NCBI GenBank assembly: GCA_020628165.1
Contig: JAHDFM010000011.1
Coordinates: 18,969-82,968, forward strand
DNA from: Bdellovibrionales bacterium
GTDB lineage: Bacteria > Bdellovibrionota > Bdellovibrionia > Bdellovibrionales > UBA1609
Reading direction: 5' to 3'
DNA: 64,000 bases
The notes under the pieces were generated by a model. It was not told the DNA's origin, made no database searches, and saw only the letters and a list, made by a program, of their open reading frames with translations. How positions within the stretch are numbered: position 1 is the stretch's first letter; every line of letters begins with the position of its first letter. Made by a program: the position numbers and the translations under genes. Shown piece after piece: positions 24,510 to 34,077 of the stretch.

Positions 24510-27233
24510 TTATTTAAAACTGTCGGTTAAAATTTGTTCTTGCTCTTGTTTGTGCATCTTTGGTGATCCTGTGGCAGGGCTAGCTCTGCGTGTTCTGCCC
24601 ACGTATTCAAATTGAGCCTTTATTCCGGTTTCAGCACAGATCTCTAAAATTTCAGGAGCCACTTGCGAGTAAGCACCCATGTTCTTCGGCTCTTCTTGGC
24701 ACCAAACGATCTTCTTTAAATTTTTAAAGCCATTCAAGTGGGAAGCCAACTGATCTTTGGCAAGTGGGTAGAGCTGCTCAATGCGAACGATGGCCGTGCC
24801 TGCACCAATTTTGTTGTCTTCGCGATAAGCATCTAAATCGTAATAAACTTTTCCAGAGCACAAAATCAGTTTTTTAACTTTGTCAGGCTCAGTGCACTTT
24901 GGATCAAAGATAATTTCTTTGAACGTTCCAGAAGATAACTCTTCCAGAGTCGATTTCACTTTGGCATGTCTCAACAAAGACTTCGGTGACATCACGATGA
25001 GTGGTTTTCTAAAGTCTCTATGCACTTGGCGACGAAGCGCATGGAACATATTAGCCGGTGTGGTTAAGTTACACACTTGCATGTTGGCTTGAGCGCACAT
25101 TTGTAAAAAACGCTCCAAGCGAGCACTGGAGTGTTCTGGCCCTTGCCCGGCGTAGCCGTGCGGAAGCAATAATGTTAATCCAGTGTGACGACTCCACTTT
25201 TGCTCACCACTGGTGAGGAATTGATCAATGATAATTTGTGCTCCATTTGCAAAGTCACCGAACTGTGCTTCCCAGATGGTTAAAAAAGTTGGGTCAGAAA
25301 TGGAGTTACCATACTCATACCCAAGAACCGCCATCTCTGAAAGTGGGCTGTTGTAAATACAGAACTCACCCTTGTCCGGATTGATCTGATCCATAGGGCA
25401 AAACTCTTTGCCAGTCTCTTGGTCGAAGTAAACTGCTTGTCTATGAGTGAAAGTTCCGCGTTTGCAATCCTGACCAGAGATGCGCACCGGAATTCCTTCT
25501 GAACGCAAACTTCCGTAGGCAAGTAGTTCCGTCATGCCCCAGTCAATGGAGTTGTCGGCAATCATCTTGGCTCTGTTTTGAACCAATTTTTTAACTTTCG
25601 AATTGATATTAAAACCATCAGGAAGAGAAGTTAAAGTGTCCGCCACTTTTTTCAGTTGGTCCATTTTAATGGTTGTGTCGATTGGTGAAAGAATGTCTTC
25701 CATGCCACCCTGTCTGAGACCTTTCCAGTAGCCATCAAACACATTAGGCTTGAGCTCTGCTGGTTGTTTGCGAACAGAATCGAGAATGGCTTGTAAGTTG
25801 TCCATCTTTTCTTGATAAAAACTTTTTGCTTCAGCATCGGTGAGAACACCTTCTGCAATGAGCTTGTCAGTGTAGATTTTGTTGAGTGACGGGTGCTTTT
25901 TGATAAGCTTGTACATTTTAGGTTGCGTGAACAAAGGCTCATCACCTTCGTTGTGACCGTATCGTCGGTAGCAAATCAAATCGATAACGATATCTTGACC
26001 GAATTCTTGGCGAAAGCGAGTGGCAATGTTAACTGCGCGCAAACAAGCTTCGGCATCATCACCGTTAACAAGCAACACAGGAGCTTTGATCACTTTGGCC
26101 ATGTCAGAGCTATAACGAGTAGAGCGACTGTCGTCAGGGTTTGTAGTGAAGCCCACTTGGTTATTGATAATAATATGTAAAGTTCCACCGACGGTGTAAC
26201 CTTGCAGTTGTGAAAGCTGTAAAGTTTCACTGACCACACCTTGGCCAATAAAAGCGGCATCACCGTGAATTAAAATAGGCATGACTTTTTTTCGAGAACC
26301 CGTGTCATTGTGTAGACGCTGTTTGGCGCGGGCCATACCGCAGGCCACTGGGTTGACACTTTCAAGGTGACTTGGGTTAAAAGCTAAAGAGATATGACAT
26401 TCGCCGTGCTTTGTTTTTTTATCGGCAGAGTAGCCCATATGATATTTCACATCGCCGTCCATGCCAGTGTTGTCTATAACGGTGCCATCAAAATCTGAAA
26501 AAGTGATGTCTAAAGCTTTGTTCATGAAGTTTGCAAGCACGTTGATGCGCCCGCGGTGAGCCATTCCGATCACAAGCTCTTTAATGCCGGTTTGCGTGGA
26601 TACATCGACAGTGTGTTCAAGCATTGGCATAAGGGCATCGCCACCTTCCACTGAAAAGCGCTTTGTTCCAACGTATCTTGTGTGAATGAATTTTTCTAGG
26701 GTTTCCGTCTTAACTAAAGATTTGAAAACATTTTTTTTATCTTCATTACTTAATGTAAATTGCGGGCTGCCAGATTCAAGTTCTTTGTGAAACCATTTTC
26801 TCACGTCGGGTTCACAACCTGAGACTTGAATGGCCATGGTGCCGCAGTAAAGTTTTTCTAGCTTTGTGATCATTTCAGCTAAGGTTGCATCCGGTAAGCC
26901 GATCAAGCTTCCCACTTGAAATTTTTTGTTGAGGTCTTTGTCAGACAAGTTAAAGTGGCTGAGGTCAAAACCGTCACCAAGTGGCTTTGCTAGGTTGAGT
27001 GGGTCTAACTGAGCTTTGAGGTGGCCGTAGTCTTGGTAGTAACAGATCAGGTTGTAAACATCGATTTCTTGACTGGATATTGAGCTTTCGCCAGAAAAGT
27101 TTTTAGCAAACTCAATGCCTTCAAAAAAGTGCTTCCATTCGGGGGCTATGCTGGCTGGGTCGTTGAGATAATTTTGGAACTCACTTTCAATGTATTCGAG
27201 ATTGTCGCGATTCATGTAATTAAACTTGTCCAC
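24510..27233 (-). CDS. sucA: 2-oxoglutarate dehydrogenase E1 component
   Basis: 907 aa, colinear with SucA/OdhA (..GMAHRGRLNVLAN-type GMAHRGRINVLAN, HGDAAF.GQGVV, YRR.GHNE.DEP). Start could be GTG 27233 or ATG 27215. Confidence 0.95.
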   Translation of the reverse strand: MDKFNYMNRDNLEYIESEFQNYLNDPASIAPEWKHFFEGIEFAKNFSGESSISSQEIDVYNLICYYQDYGHLKAQLDPLNLAKPLGDGFDLSHFNLSDKDLNKKFQVGSLIGLPDATLAEMITKLEKLYCGTMAIQVSGCEPDVRKWFHKELESGSPQFTLSNEDKKNVFKSLVKTETLEKFIHTRYVGTKRFSVEGGDALMPMLEHTVDVSTQTGIKELVIGMAHRGRINVLANFMNKALDITFSDFDGTVIDNTGMDGDVKYHMGYSADKKTKHGECHISLAFNPSHLESVNPVACGMARAKQRLHNDTGSRKKVMPILIHGDAAFIGQGVVSETLQLSQLQGYTVGGTLHIIINNQVGFTTNPDDSRSTRYSSDMAKVIKAPVLLVNGDDAEACLRAVNIATRFRQEFGQDIVIDLICYRRYGHNEGDEPLFTQPKMYKLIKKHPSLNKIYTDKLIAEGVLTDAEAKSFYQEKMDNLQAILDSVRKQPAELKPNVFDGYWKGLRQGGMEDILSPIDTTIKMDQLKKVADTLTSLPDGFNINSKVKKLVQNRAKMIADNSIDWGMTELLAYGSLRSEGIPVRISGQDCKRGTFTHRQAVYFDQETGKEFCPMDQINPDKGEFCIYNSPLSEMAVLGYEYGNSISDPTFLTIWEAQFGDFANGAQIIIDQFLTSGEQKWSRHTGLTLLLPHGYAGQGPEHSSARLERFLQMCAQANMQVCNLTTPANMFHALRRQVHRDFRKPLIVMSPKSLLRHAKVKSTLEELSSGTFKEIIFDPKCTEPDKVKKLILCSGKVYYDLDAYREDNKIGAGTAIVRIEQLYPLAKDQLASHLNGFKNLKKIVWCQEEPKNMGAYSQVAPEILEICAETGIKAQFEYVGRTRRASPATGSPKMHKQEQEQILTDSFK

Positions 27234-27426
27234 TTTGCAGTCCTGTCTGTTGGGGGTCTTATTAGGGCCTGTTAAAATTTATTTTTTTTAAAACTTATTT
27301 TAACATGAATGTCATTAAAGAATAAGAAACAGTTAATGATTTCTTAGAGTTGCTCCTCTTTTATGCGAAGCTTCATCGATCTAATTCTTGCACTGCACCT
27401 GAAGCTGGTTCATCCTGTTAGTAGGT

Positions 27427-28323
27427 ATGGAAAATATAGTTGATTTTTTGAGCATATTTGACTGGCTGAAAGACATTTGGTCTTTTCAAATCACCAGTGT
27501 CGACGGCTATCCGATCACCATTGGTAAAATTGTCAAAGGAATCACTTTACTCATCATGGGCTATTTTCTTTGCCGGAGTGTCAGTCGCGAGGTTGAGAAA
27601 AAATTACTCGTTCGTTTGGATATTGATTCGTCCTTAAGGCACACCTTACGAACTATCATTTTTTATTTTTTACTGATTGTTCTCACTTTATTTATCTTAC
27701 GACTCCTGAACATACCGATCACCGTCTTCACCGTGATTGGGGGTGCTCTCGCCATCGGGGTTGGTTTGGGTTCACAAAACATTGTGAACAACTTCATTAG
27801 TGGTTTGATCATGATGATTGAACGTCCCATCAAAATGGGCGACATCATCGAAGTGGATGGCATAACTGGGCGAGTAGAGCTCATTGGTCCGAGAAGCACC
27901 CGAATAAAAACCACAAGCAACACACACATAGTTGTGCCCAATAGTAAGTTTTTAGAAAACAACGTGCTTAACTGGACCTTATCTGACGATTTGGTTCGAT
28001 TAAAGATCACTGTGGGTGTTGCATATGGGTCAGACACCAAAATGGTCGAAGAAACTTTGCTCGAAACTGTAGCTGATATGGAAAAAGTGCTTAAGTACCC
28101 AGAGCCAGCTGTGTTTTTTACTAACTTTGGGGATTCCAGCCTCGACTTTTCCCTAGTCCTATGGGTGAAGCTTTACGACCCTTTGCACCGTTTCCAAATA
28201 GAAAGCGAAGTCCGCCATAAAATAGCAAGTATTTTTGCTGACAAAGACATATCCATTCCGTTTCCACAAAGAGATCTCAATATGTTCACAAAAGATCCTT
28301 TGCGCGTAACCATTCAAAAGTAG
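27427..28323 (+). CDS. Small-conductance mechanosensitive channel (MscS family)
   Basis: Three N-terminal TM segments followed by the MscS beta-domain motif ..ERPIKMGDIIEVDGITGRVELIGPRSTRIKT.. Confidence 0.9.
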   Translation: MENIVDFLSIFDWLKDIWSFQITSVDGYPITIGKIVKGITLLIMGYFLCRSVSREVEKKLLVRLDIDSSLRHTLRTIIFYFLLIVLTLFILRLLNIPITVFTVIGGALAIGVGLGSQNIVNNFISGLIMMIERPIKMGDIIEVDGITGRVELIGPRSTRIKTTSNTHIVVPNSKFLENNVLNWTLSDDLVRLKITVGVAYGSDTKMVEETLLETVADMEKVLKYPEPAVFFTNFGDSSLDFSLVLWVKLYDPLHRFQIESEVRHKIASIFADKDISIPFPQRDLNMFTKDPLRVTIQK

Positions 28324-28434
28324 TATTCACAGACTTTGTTTATTAGGGCTTTTGGCTTAGGACATACCGATAGAACCTGCTTAAGTGGTTAAATTTATTT
28401 AAAGTATATTTACAACGCACCGAATATTTTTTAT

Positions 28435-28983
28435 ATGTTAAAGTTCATACTAATCATTGCAGCTGCTGCCGTTTCTTTTTCAACTCACGCCTACAAATAC
28501 AAAAAAGACAGAGCACATTTTAGCATAAGTTACAGCAACTACGACGATGTTCGCTTGCGTTCAGGTACGGATGTGAATGTGAATAATAGCATTGATTTTG
28601 AATTTGGTATTCGTTTTCGTCGTTTGTTCCGAACTTTTTTAGCAGCTTCTGTTGGTGAGAAGGGGCTTCAAAGAGAGCTCGGTGTGGGTTTCAGAGTAGA
28701 CCTTCCAGGATTTTTTCTTATCGATGCAAAGATTCAAGACTTTATTAAGAAGGGCATGCAAAGGCCGATCAACACTTCTTTTTTTGTTATTGGAAATCAA
28801 GCTCGATTTGAAAATGAACAAGGGGCACTCGTCATCGATTCTTTTGCAACACGTTTTGGTTTGAGTTTGTCGTGGTTTCCACTTTCTAAATCCATTGTTT
28901 ATATTCGTGGAGACTTAGGCGTTTACACTGTTGGTGGTAATTCCCATGCACTGTACGGCCTCGGTGTAGGAATGGCTTTTTAA
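28435..28983 (+). CDS. Small secreted protein, probable 8-stranded OM beta-barrel
   Basis: Signal peptide MLKFILIIAAAAVSFSTHA, alternating hydrophobic pattern, and a C-terminal ..GLGVGMAF aromatic terminus. Confidence 0.5.
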   Translation: MLKFILIIAAAAVSFSTHAYKYKKDRAHFSISYSNYDDVRLRSGTDVNVNNSIDFEFGIRFRRLFRTFLAASVGEKGLQRELGVGFRVDLPGFFLIDAKIQDFIKKGMQRPINTSFFVIGNQARFENEQGALVIDSFATRFGLSLSWFPLSKSIVYIRGDLGVYTVGGNSHALYGLGVGMAF

Positions 28984-29295
28984 TTCAAAAAAATTAAACT
29001 TTTGTTTTTCTAGCTCAAATTTAAAAGATCAAATTTTTTGTATTTTTTATATTATTTTAAGGTTTCCAGTTGTCTTTCTCACAACCAAACTTTTTCTAGA
29101 ACAAATGATGTTTTTGCCGGTTTCGCTCAATATTAAGTGGCCGTTAATGCGATAGGATGCCTCTTGCAATTCAAAAATCTGACATCGTTAAATTTGAAAT
29201 TAAACAATTTTGAGGTCTTTTTGTTAATTTAAAAATTTTACATTCTAGAGCTTATGTGGCTTTAAGTGCTTATAAATATTTTTGGAGGACAGGCT

Positions 29296-29682
29296 ATGAA
29301 AAAAACAATGATTACTTTACTCACTTTATTTGGGTTCAACTTAGCTTATGCATCAAACACCATTTTAGTATGTAATATTCCACAAGGAGCCTTTGGCAAT
29401 TTTTTTGTTGAGCAGTGGAACAATGACGAGATTACAAAATACAGTGTCTCTTTTGTAAATGGTGATGGGGAAGTTATTGAAAAAGGGTTTCTGTCCAATG
29501 TTATAAAAGATAAAGGTAACTTAACTGGAATTATTTTTGCTGATGATAGTTCAATCAATGGTTATTTAAACATCGTTGAAGATAAAGGTTTTTTTTATGC
29601 AGAGGGAGCTGGAGCAATTACAAACTCTCCAGGACTTAATCTTCAGTTTGCACTGCAAAATTGTAAAAATCCGCAACATTAA
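29296..29682 (+). CDS. Small secreted protein, unknown function
   Basis: GGAGG RBS 6 nt before ATG 29296. Signal peptide MKKTMITLLTLFGFNLAYA. The ORF track start at 29266 is a non-ATG codon upstream. Confidence 0.5.
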   Translation: MKKTMITLLTLFGFNLAYASNTILVCNIPQGAFGNFFVEQWNNDEITKYSVSFVNGDGEVIEKGFLSNVIKDKGNLTGIIFADDSSINGYLNIVEDKGFFYAEGAGAITNSPGLNLQFALQNCKNPQH

Positions 29683-29723
29683 TTAGATAATTATTTTTAG
29701 CGATTTAAAAATCAATTAGGAAT

Positions 29724-29755
29724 AAAAAAAGCCATCTTACGATGGCTTTTTTTTA
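29724..29755. terminator. Bidirectional rho-independent terminator
   Basis: AAAAAAA-GCCATC-TTAC-GATGGC-TTTTTTTT lies between convergent ORFs ending at 29682 (+) and 29779 (-). Confidence 0.75.
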
Positions 29756-29778
29756 TTATTAGCAATTGATATAGTCGT

Positions 29779-30144
29779 TTACTGACAAGCAAATCCAGCG
29801 TTAGCAAGGTTGCTTTGAATGCGTCCGGCAACTTCTTTACAGTAAGTGCTTCCAACTTGCGATCTTGCCACTTGCTTCGTCTCACCATTCTTTGTGTAGT
29901 TGACGATGCAACCATTGGCTCCATTTTTATCGATAACGATGGCTCGTGAGTCTTTTCCAAGCTTGCACTCAGCTGTCATGATGTTGTCCGCTGATGGGGC
30001 TGTTGCTTTGGCTGCAGCTTTTTCAGCGTCTGTTTTGACAGCTTCAGTTGCTTTCACAGTTGAGTCTTTCATCGTTTTTTTATCCTTCGATGAACAGGCT
30101 ACCATGAATAAGCTGATAAGGCCTATGGTAAGTAATGCTTTCAT
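29779..30144 (-). CDS. Small lipoprotein, unknown function
   Basis: Lipobox MKALLTIGLISLFMVAC|SS. 121 aa with 4 further Cys residues. Confidence 0.6.
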   Translation of the reverse strand: MKALLTIGLISLFMVACSSKDKKTMKDSTVKATEAVKTDAEKAAAKATAPSADNIMTAECKLGKDSRAIVIDKNGANGCIVNYTKNGETKQVARSQVGSTYCKEVAGRIQSNLANAGFACQ

Positions 30145-30531
30145 GTTTCCTCCTGGTTGTTTATAAAAACGTAAATAAAATAGTTATTTAACCTCTATTA
30201 TCTTAAGTAAACAACGCAACCTGAGCAATCATTAATAGCAATTTCCCTAAGAGAAGCAGGTGTTTAAAGCAGTTGTCGACGTATTAACAAGAGTGGTGTT
30301 GTGTTTCCGGGTTTTATTGTCTTGTGTTGAAAAAGCAGCACCCGACCAAGGTCGTAGGTTTTTCATGTTTTTATCGAACGGGTTTGTGTTATTTAAAAAT
30401 TATCAAATCAGACGGAGATAAAAAGATGAGTCCTGTGAGCTTTTTCTTAAGTATTATTAGATAGTTCGGCCGTCTGATTTTGTTGGCCATGGCCTCTTTT
30501 TTTTGTTATACCACTTTGTTAAGGTGATCTT

Positions 30532-31488
30532 ATGTTGATAGAAGAGGATAAATTAGTGGCCAAGAAATTACCTGATATTACTAAGCAGTCAGAGTCAGTT
30601 ATCTTTGATAAGCTTGCTCGCGTCGGTATGGGCGAAATTGAAATGCCAGTGAACTTAGACTGGTCTGGCGAACGCCAGTGGGTGCCAGCTAAAATCAATG
30701 CCACTGTGAGCATTGATGATGAAAAGGCCAAAGGCATTCATATGTCGCGTTTGTATCTCAACTTAAAAAATGAATTGGCCAATCAGTCAATGAGTCTTTC
30801 TCTTGTTAAAGATTTGCTTGAAAAGTTTGTGTCGTCGCAAGAAGGCTTAAGTCGTTCGGCCACATTAGAGCTACGTTTCAATTATTTAATCTTGCGCAAA
30901 GCTCTTAAAAGCTCAAAGCAAGGATGGCGCGAATACCCCATTGTTCTGAAAGGGGTTCTAGAAAACGGTGGGCTCAGTTTGTCATGTCAGTTAGACATTG
31001 CCTATTCGAGCACTTGTCCATGTTCTGCTGCTTTATCAAGACAGTTGCTCAAAGAAAAATTCATTGCCGATTGGCAAGGGCAAGATTTATCTTTGGATGC
31101 TGTGTCTGAATGGATGACAAAAGAGTCGTCCATAGTTGCCACTCCACACGCACAAAGAAGTTATGCATATTTAACTATGAAACTGAATGAAGACGTCGAC
31201 ATCGCACAGTTTGTGAACGCCATGATCGATACTGCTGAAAACACTTTGGGCACCCCTGTGCAAGCGGCTGTTAAACGCCAAGATGAGCAAGAGTTTGCCA
31301 GGCTCAACGCCAGTAACCTAATGTTCTGCGAGGATGCTGCCAGAAAATTAAAGAAACTTTTGAACGCTGATAAAAATATCAAAGATTTTAAACTTATGGT
31401 TGAGCACCGAGAAAGTTTACACCCTCATAATGCTATTGCCATGGCGATCAAAGGTGTTGAAGGTGGTTTTACGGCTGACTTCTGTTAA
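30532..31488 (+). CDS. folE2: GTP cyclohydrolase FolE2 (type IB)
   Basis: Family motifs KGIHMSRLY, SSTCPCSAA and ESLHPHNA. Length is about 300 aa. Confidence 0.8.
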   Translation: MLIEEDKLVAKKLPDITKQSESVIFDKLARVGMGEIEMPVNLDWSGERQWVPAKINATVSIDDEKAKGIHMSRLYLNLKNELANQSMSLSLVKDLLEKFVSSQEGLSRSATLELRFNYLILRKALKSSKQGWREYPIVLKGVLENGGLSLSCQLDIAYSSTCPCSAALSRQLLKEKFIADWQGQDLSLDAVSEWMTKESSIVATPHAQRSYAYLTMKLNEDVDIAQFVNAMIDTAENTLGTPVQAAVKRQDEQEFARLNASNLMFCEDAARKLKKLLNADKNIKDFKLMVEHRESLHPHNAIAMAIKGVEGGFTADFC

Positions 31489-31501
31489 TTATTAAAAAGA
31501 A

Positions 31502-33373
31502 TCATTCGTTGTAAGCTTCTTGAATTATTTTTTGCAACCCTTGCACGATGGCAGGCGTGTGTGCGAGGTGAGGAGTGTTCCTGACACCACCAATGATTTC
31601 ATCAAACAGAGATTCTTGAGCTGTGATTCGCCCTTTGAAGCTAATGTTTTTTCTAGCCGCTAGGGCGCTGGTGATTGGAATGAAACACATCTTGCGATTC
31701 TTTACATCTAAACGAGCTCCAAAGTGTTGTTGCACTGAGTTTGAAATTTCTTTTTCAATGTCGGCGACAGCATCTATGTACCCGCAAGATCCTTTGTCCA
31801 AATTTAAGTGATTGCGTTGGTTGTGAAAGCGGTAGGTGTATTTGTCTGTACCATCACCACCAAAAAGGCCGCCAAGTTCTGTTGGATCGGGGTATTTTAA
31901 CACGCCATTAAAGATATAGGGTGAATCAGATCTAGCTATGTAACTTTTAAAAACGATTTGAGTGTAATTACGAAGTGGTGTGTGGAGGGCCACATAATAA
32001 TCTGAATTCAGAGGCACTGTTTGGCCTGCAATCGAGCCATTAGTGATGCCTACATTTTTACTTGTTTCTTTTGGAAGACCGAGGCTTTGTAAATGTCTTT
32101 GCGATGCTGTAAATTTTGGGTTGAAATAACCTTGTTCTATATTAACTAACTGTTGAATGATAAGTTCTTGAGCGAATTCAGAAGTTAGGAAGACATCACT
32201 GAACAGTTTCACTTGGTTAGACACAGTTTGTCCACTTTGTATGCCATTATCTAAGGCGTTGGATATGTTGTCTAAATTTAAAATTTTATCAATAAAATCT
32301 CCAAAAATATTTCTAAATCTTCGATTTTGCTTTACTGCATGCTGAGTGCTGACTTTTAAAAAACGCATAAGGTGTTGTAAGCCTAATGCAACATGTGCTC
32401 CTTGATGTGGAGAATCAAAAGAAATGTAGTGGGACACATTGTGGTCTTCATTGTTAATTTCCATTTCTCTGAGTGCCATGCGACCAATGACTCCTCCCAA
32501 GCTGAGACCCATTAAAAGGGAGCTTGAGTTGTCTTGCTTTAGTTGATTGATCAACCTTATAGCCTTGGCGGTTGCAGATGATTTTGCGGCAAGTTTTTTT
32601 AGGTAATAATTTTTATGTCCGTAAGCAATAAAGGCTACAGAAACCCCTTTTTTCTGCAACTCCTCATACACTTTATTGGCATTACTAATGTGAGCCGTGT
32701 ACTTAGCCTCTCTATTTATAGTTCTGGGTTGGCCAAAGTTATGAGGAGCTAAAATAAAGGCCACCTTATGAATTTCTTTTTTGTTCGGGTTAGCCAAGAA
32801 AATTTTAACATCGGCAGAGCGACCATATTTGCCTGTAACAGAACAGCCAAACTCAGCTAAAAAAGAATTGAGGCCTGAGCACTCAGGCAATGCCATTGGT
32901 TTACTTCTTGTGCCTTCTTTTTGAATAGCTCTTTGAACTTGTTGAGGCCAAGAGTTTTGTAGTAGGAAAGTTTCTTGTGGTATTGGTTGAAAGTTTTCAG
33001 GGATGAGATGTTGTGGTGGCTTCACAGGTTTTGGTGGAACTGTGACAGTGATTGGTTTGATAGGAGTTGTCGTGTTAGAGCTATTATTGCCAGACTCATT
33101 GTTATTGATGGCTTCAATAATATTATCCACTTGATTTGTAATTGCTTCGACGGTTGGCTTTGTGGGGAGCTCCGTCTGAGCTGATGGCTCTATGATGTTA
33201 TTTGAATTTATTTGTGAATCATTTTCTGTGTTGAAGTTTTGAGAAATTCCAGAGGTAGTGACAGTTTGATCGATGTTTGATTTGGATTGCATGTCATTGG
33301 TACAGCCAATATTAAAGATTGCAGTCGTTAAAATTATTGTGAAAGTAAGCGCTCGCCCTTGAAAAATCACCAT
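31502..33373 (-). CDS. Lipoprotein with an alpha/beta-hydrolase (lipase/esterase-like) domain
   Basis: Lipobox ..AIFNIGC|TN, a low-complexity Pro/Thr/Asn linker, and the nucleophile elbow LMGLSLGGVIGR (GxSxG) followed by ISFDSPHQGAH. Confidence 0.6.
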   Translation of the reverse strand: MVIFQGRALTFTIILTTAIFNIGCTNDMQSKSNIDQTVTTSGISQNFNTENDSQINSNNIIEPSAQTELPTKPTVEAITNQVDNIIEAINNNESGNNSSNTTTPIKPITVTVPPKPVKPPQHLIPENFQPIPQETFLLQNSWPQQVQRAIQKEGTRSKPMALPECSGLNSFLAEFGCSVTGKYGRSADVKIFLANPNKKEIHKVAFILAPHNFGQPRTINREAKYTAHISNANKVYEELQKKGVSVAFIAYGHKNYYLKKLAAKSSATAKAIRLINQLKQDNSSSLLMGLSLGGVIGRMALREMEINNEDHNVSHYISFDSPHQGAHVALGLQHLMRFLKVSTQHAVKQNRRFRNIFGDFIDKILNLDNISNALDNGIQSGQTVSNQVKLFSDVFLTSEFAQELIIQQLVNIEQGYFNPKFTASQRHLQSLGLPKETSKNVGITNGSIAGQTVPLNSDYYVALHTPLRNYTQIVFKSYIARSDSPYIFNGVLKYPDPTELGGLFGGDGTDKYTYRFHNQRNHLNLDKGSCGYIDAVADIEKEISNSVQQHFGARLDVKNRKMCFIPITSALAARKNISFKGRITAQESLFDEIIGGVRNTPHLAHTPAIVQGLQKIIQEAYNE

Positions 33374-33534
33374 GTCTCATTTTAATCAGTTTTTTAAGTG
33401 ATGGGTGAAGTTTGTAAGTTATTGTTTCAATATGAGTCAAATTTGTAAGATTATTCGACATTTAGCTGCATATTCCTTAACCGGTTCCTCAACTTATTGT
33501 TGATAATAAAGTAGACAGTTTCCATAAATAGTAT

Positions 33535-33549
33535 TGATAATCATTTTCA
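33535..33549. promoter_or_regulatory. Fur box (7-1-7 inverted repeat) upstream of the Fur-family gene
   Basis: TGATAAT-C-ATTTTCA compared with consensus TGATAAT-N-ATTATCA gives 13 of 14 arm positions. It lies about 50 nt upstream of ATG 33600, with additional GATAAT-like hexamers on both sides. Confidence 0.55.
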
Positions 33550-33599
33550 TTAATGGTAATTCATTTTTAAATACATACTTTACAAGGAGACAGTTGAAC

Positions 33600-34076
33600 A
33601 TGAAGCTCATCAAAGGAAAAGAAAACAAAGAAGTTTTAATTGAGCGCGAACCCATAGATGTTGAGACCTTTAAAAGAATGATTCGTCAGATGGGCTTAAA
33701 AGTGACTAAGCAGCGCGTGCATATCCTTGAAGCAATGAGTGAAGGGCGGGCGCACATCACTGTGCAAGAGCTCTACGAAAAACTGCAAAAAACTCACCCA
33801 GAGATTGGCTTTGCCACTATTTATCGCTTCTTAAAAAATATGACGGATCACAACCTTGTAACAGAAGTGCGTATGGGTGGTTTTCCTGCAAGGTATGAGC
33901 TCACTCCCAATCAACATCACGATCATTTGAATTGTACTAATTGCGGTAAGATAGTAGAGTTTGAAAACGAAAGCATCGAAGAGCTTCAGGAGTCTGTGGC
34001 TCGCAAATTTAATTTCAAACTTACTGGGCACGTTTTAGAACTTTATGGATTGTGCCAAGACTGTCAGCAGGAGTAA
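33600..34076 (+). CDS. Fur-family metalloregulator
   Basis: AAGGAGA RBS before ATG 33600. Winged-helix region ..KVTKQRVHILEAM.. with metal sites HHDHLNCTNCGKIVEF and LYGLCQDC. The ORF track start at 33534 is a TTG inside the Fur box region. Confidence 0.85.
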   Translation: MKLIKGKENKEVLIEREPIDVETFKRMIRQMGLKVTKQRVHILEAMSEGRAHITVQELYEKLQKTHPEIGFATIYRFLKNMTDHNLVTEVRMGGFPARYELTPNQHHDHLNCTNCGKIVEFENESIEELQESVARKFNFKLTGHVLELYGLCQDCQQE

Positions 34077-34077
34077 A

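Noticed and set aside
33534-34077. Longer ORF-track starts for fur (33534, TTG) and uvrA (34045, ATG overlapping fur)
   Set aside because: The downstream ATGs at 33600 and 34078 have good RBSs (AAGGAGA and AGGAG) and give N-termini that align with family members. The 33534 start lies inside the Fur box.
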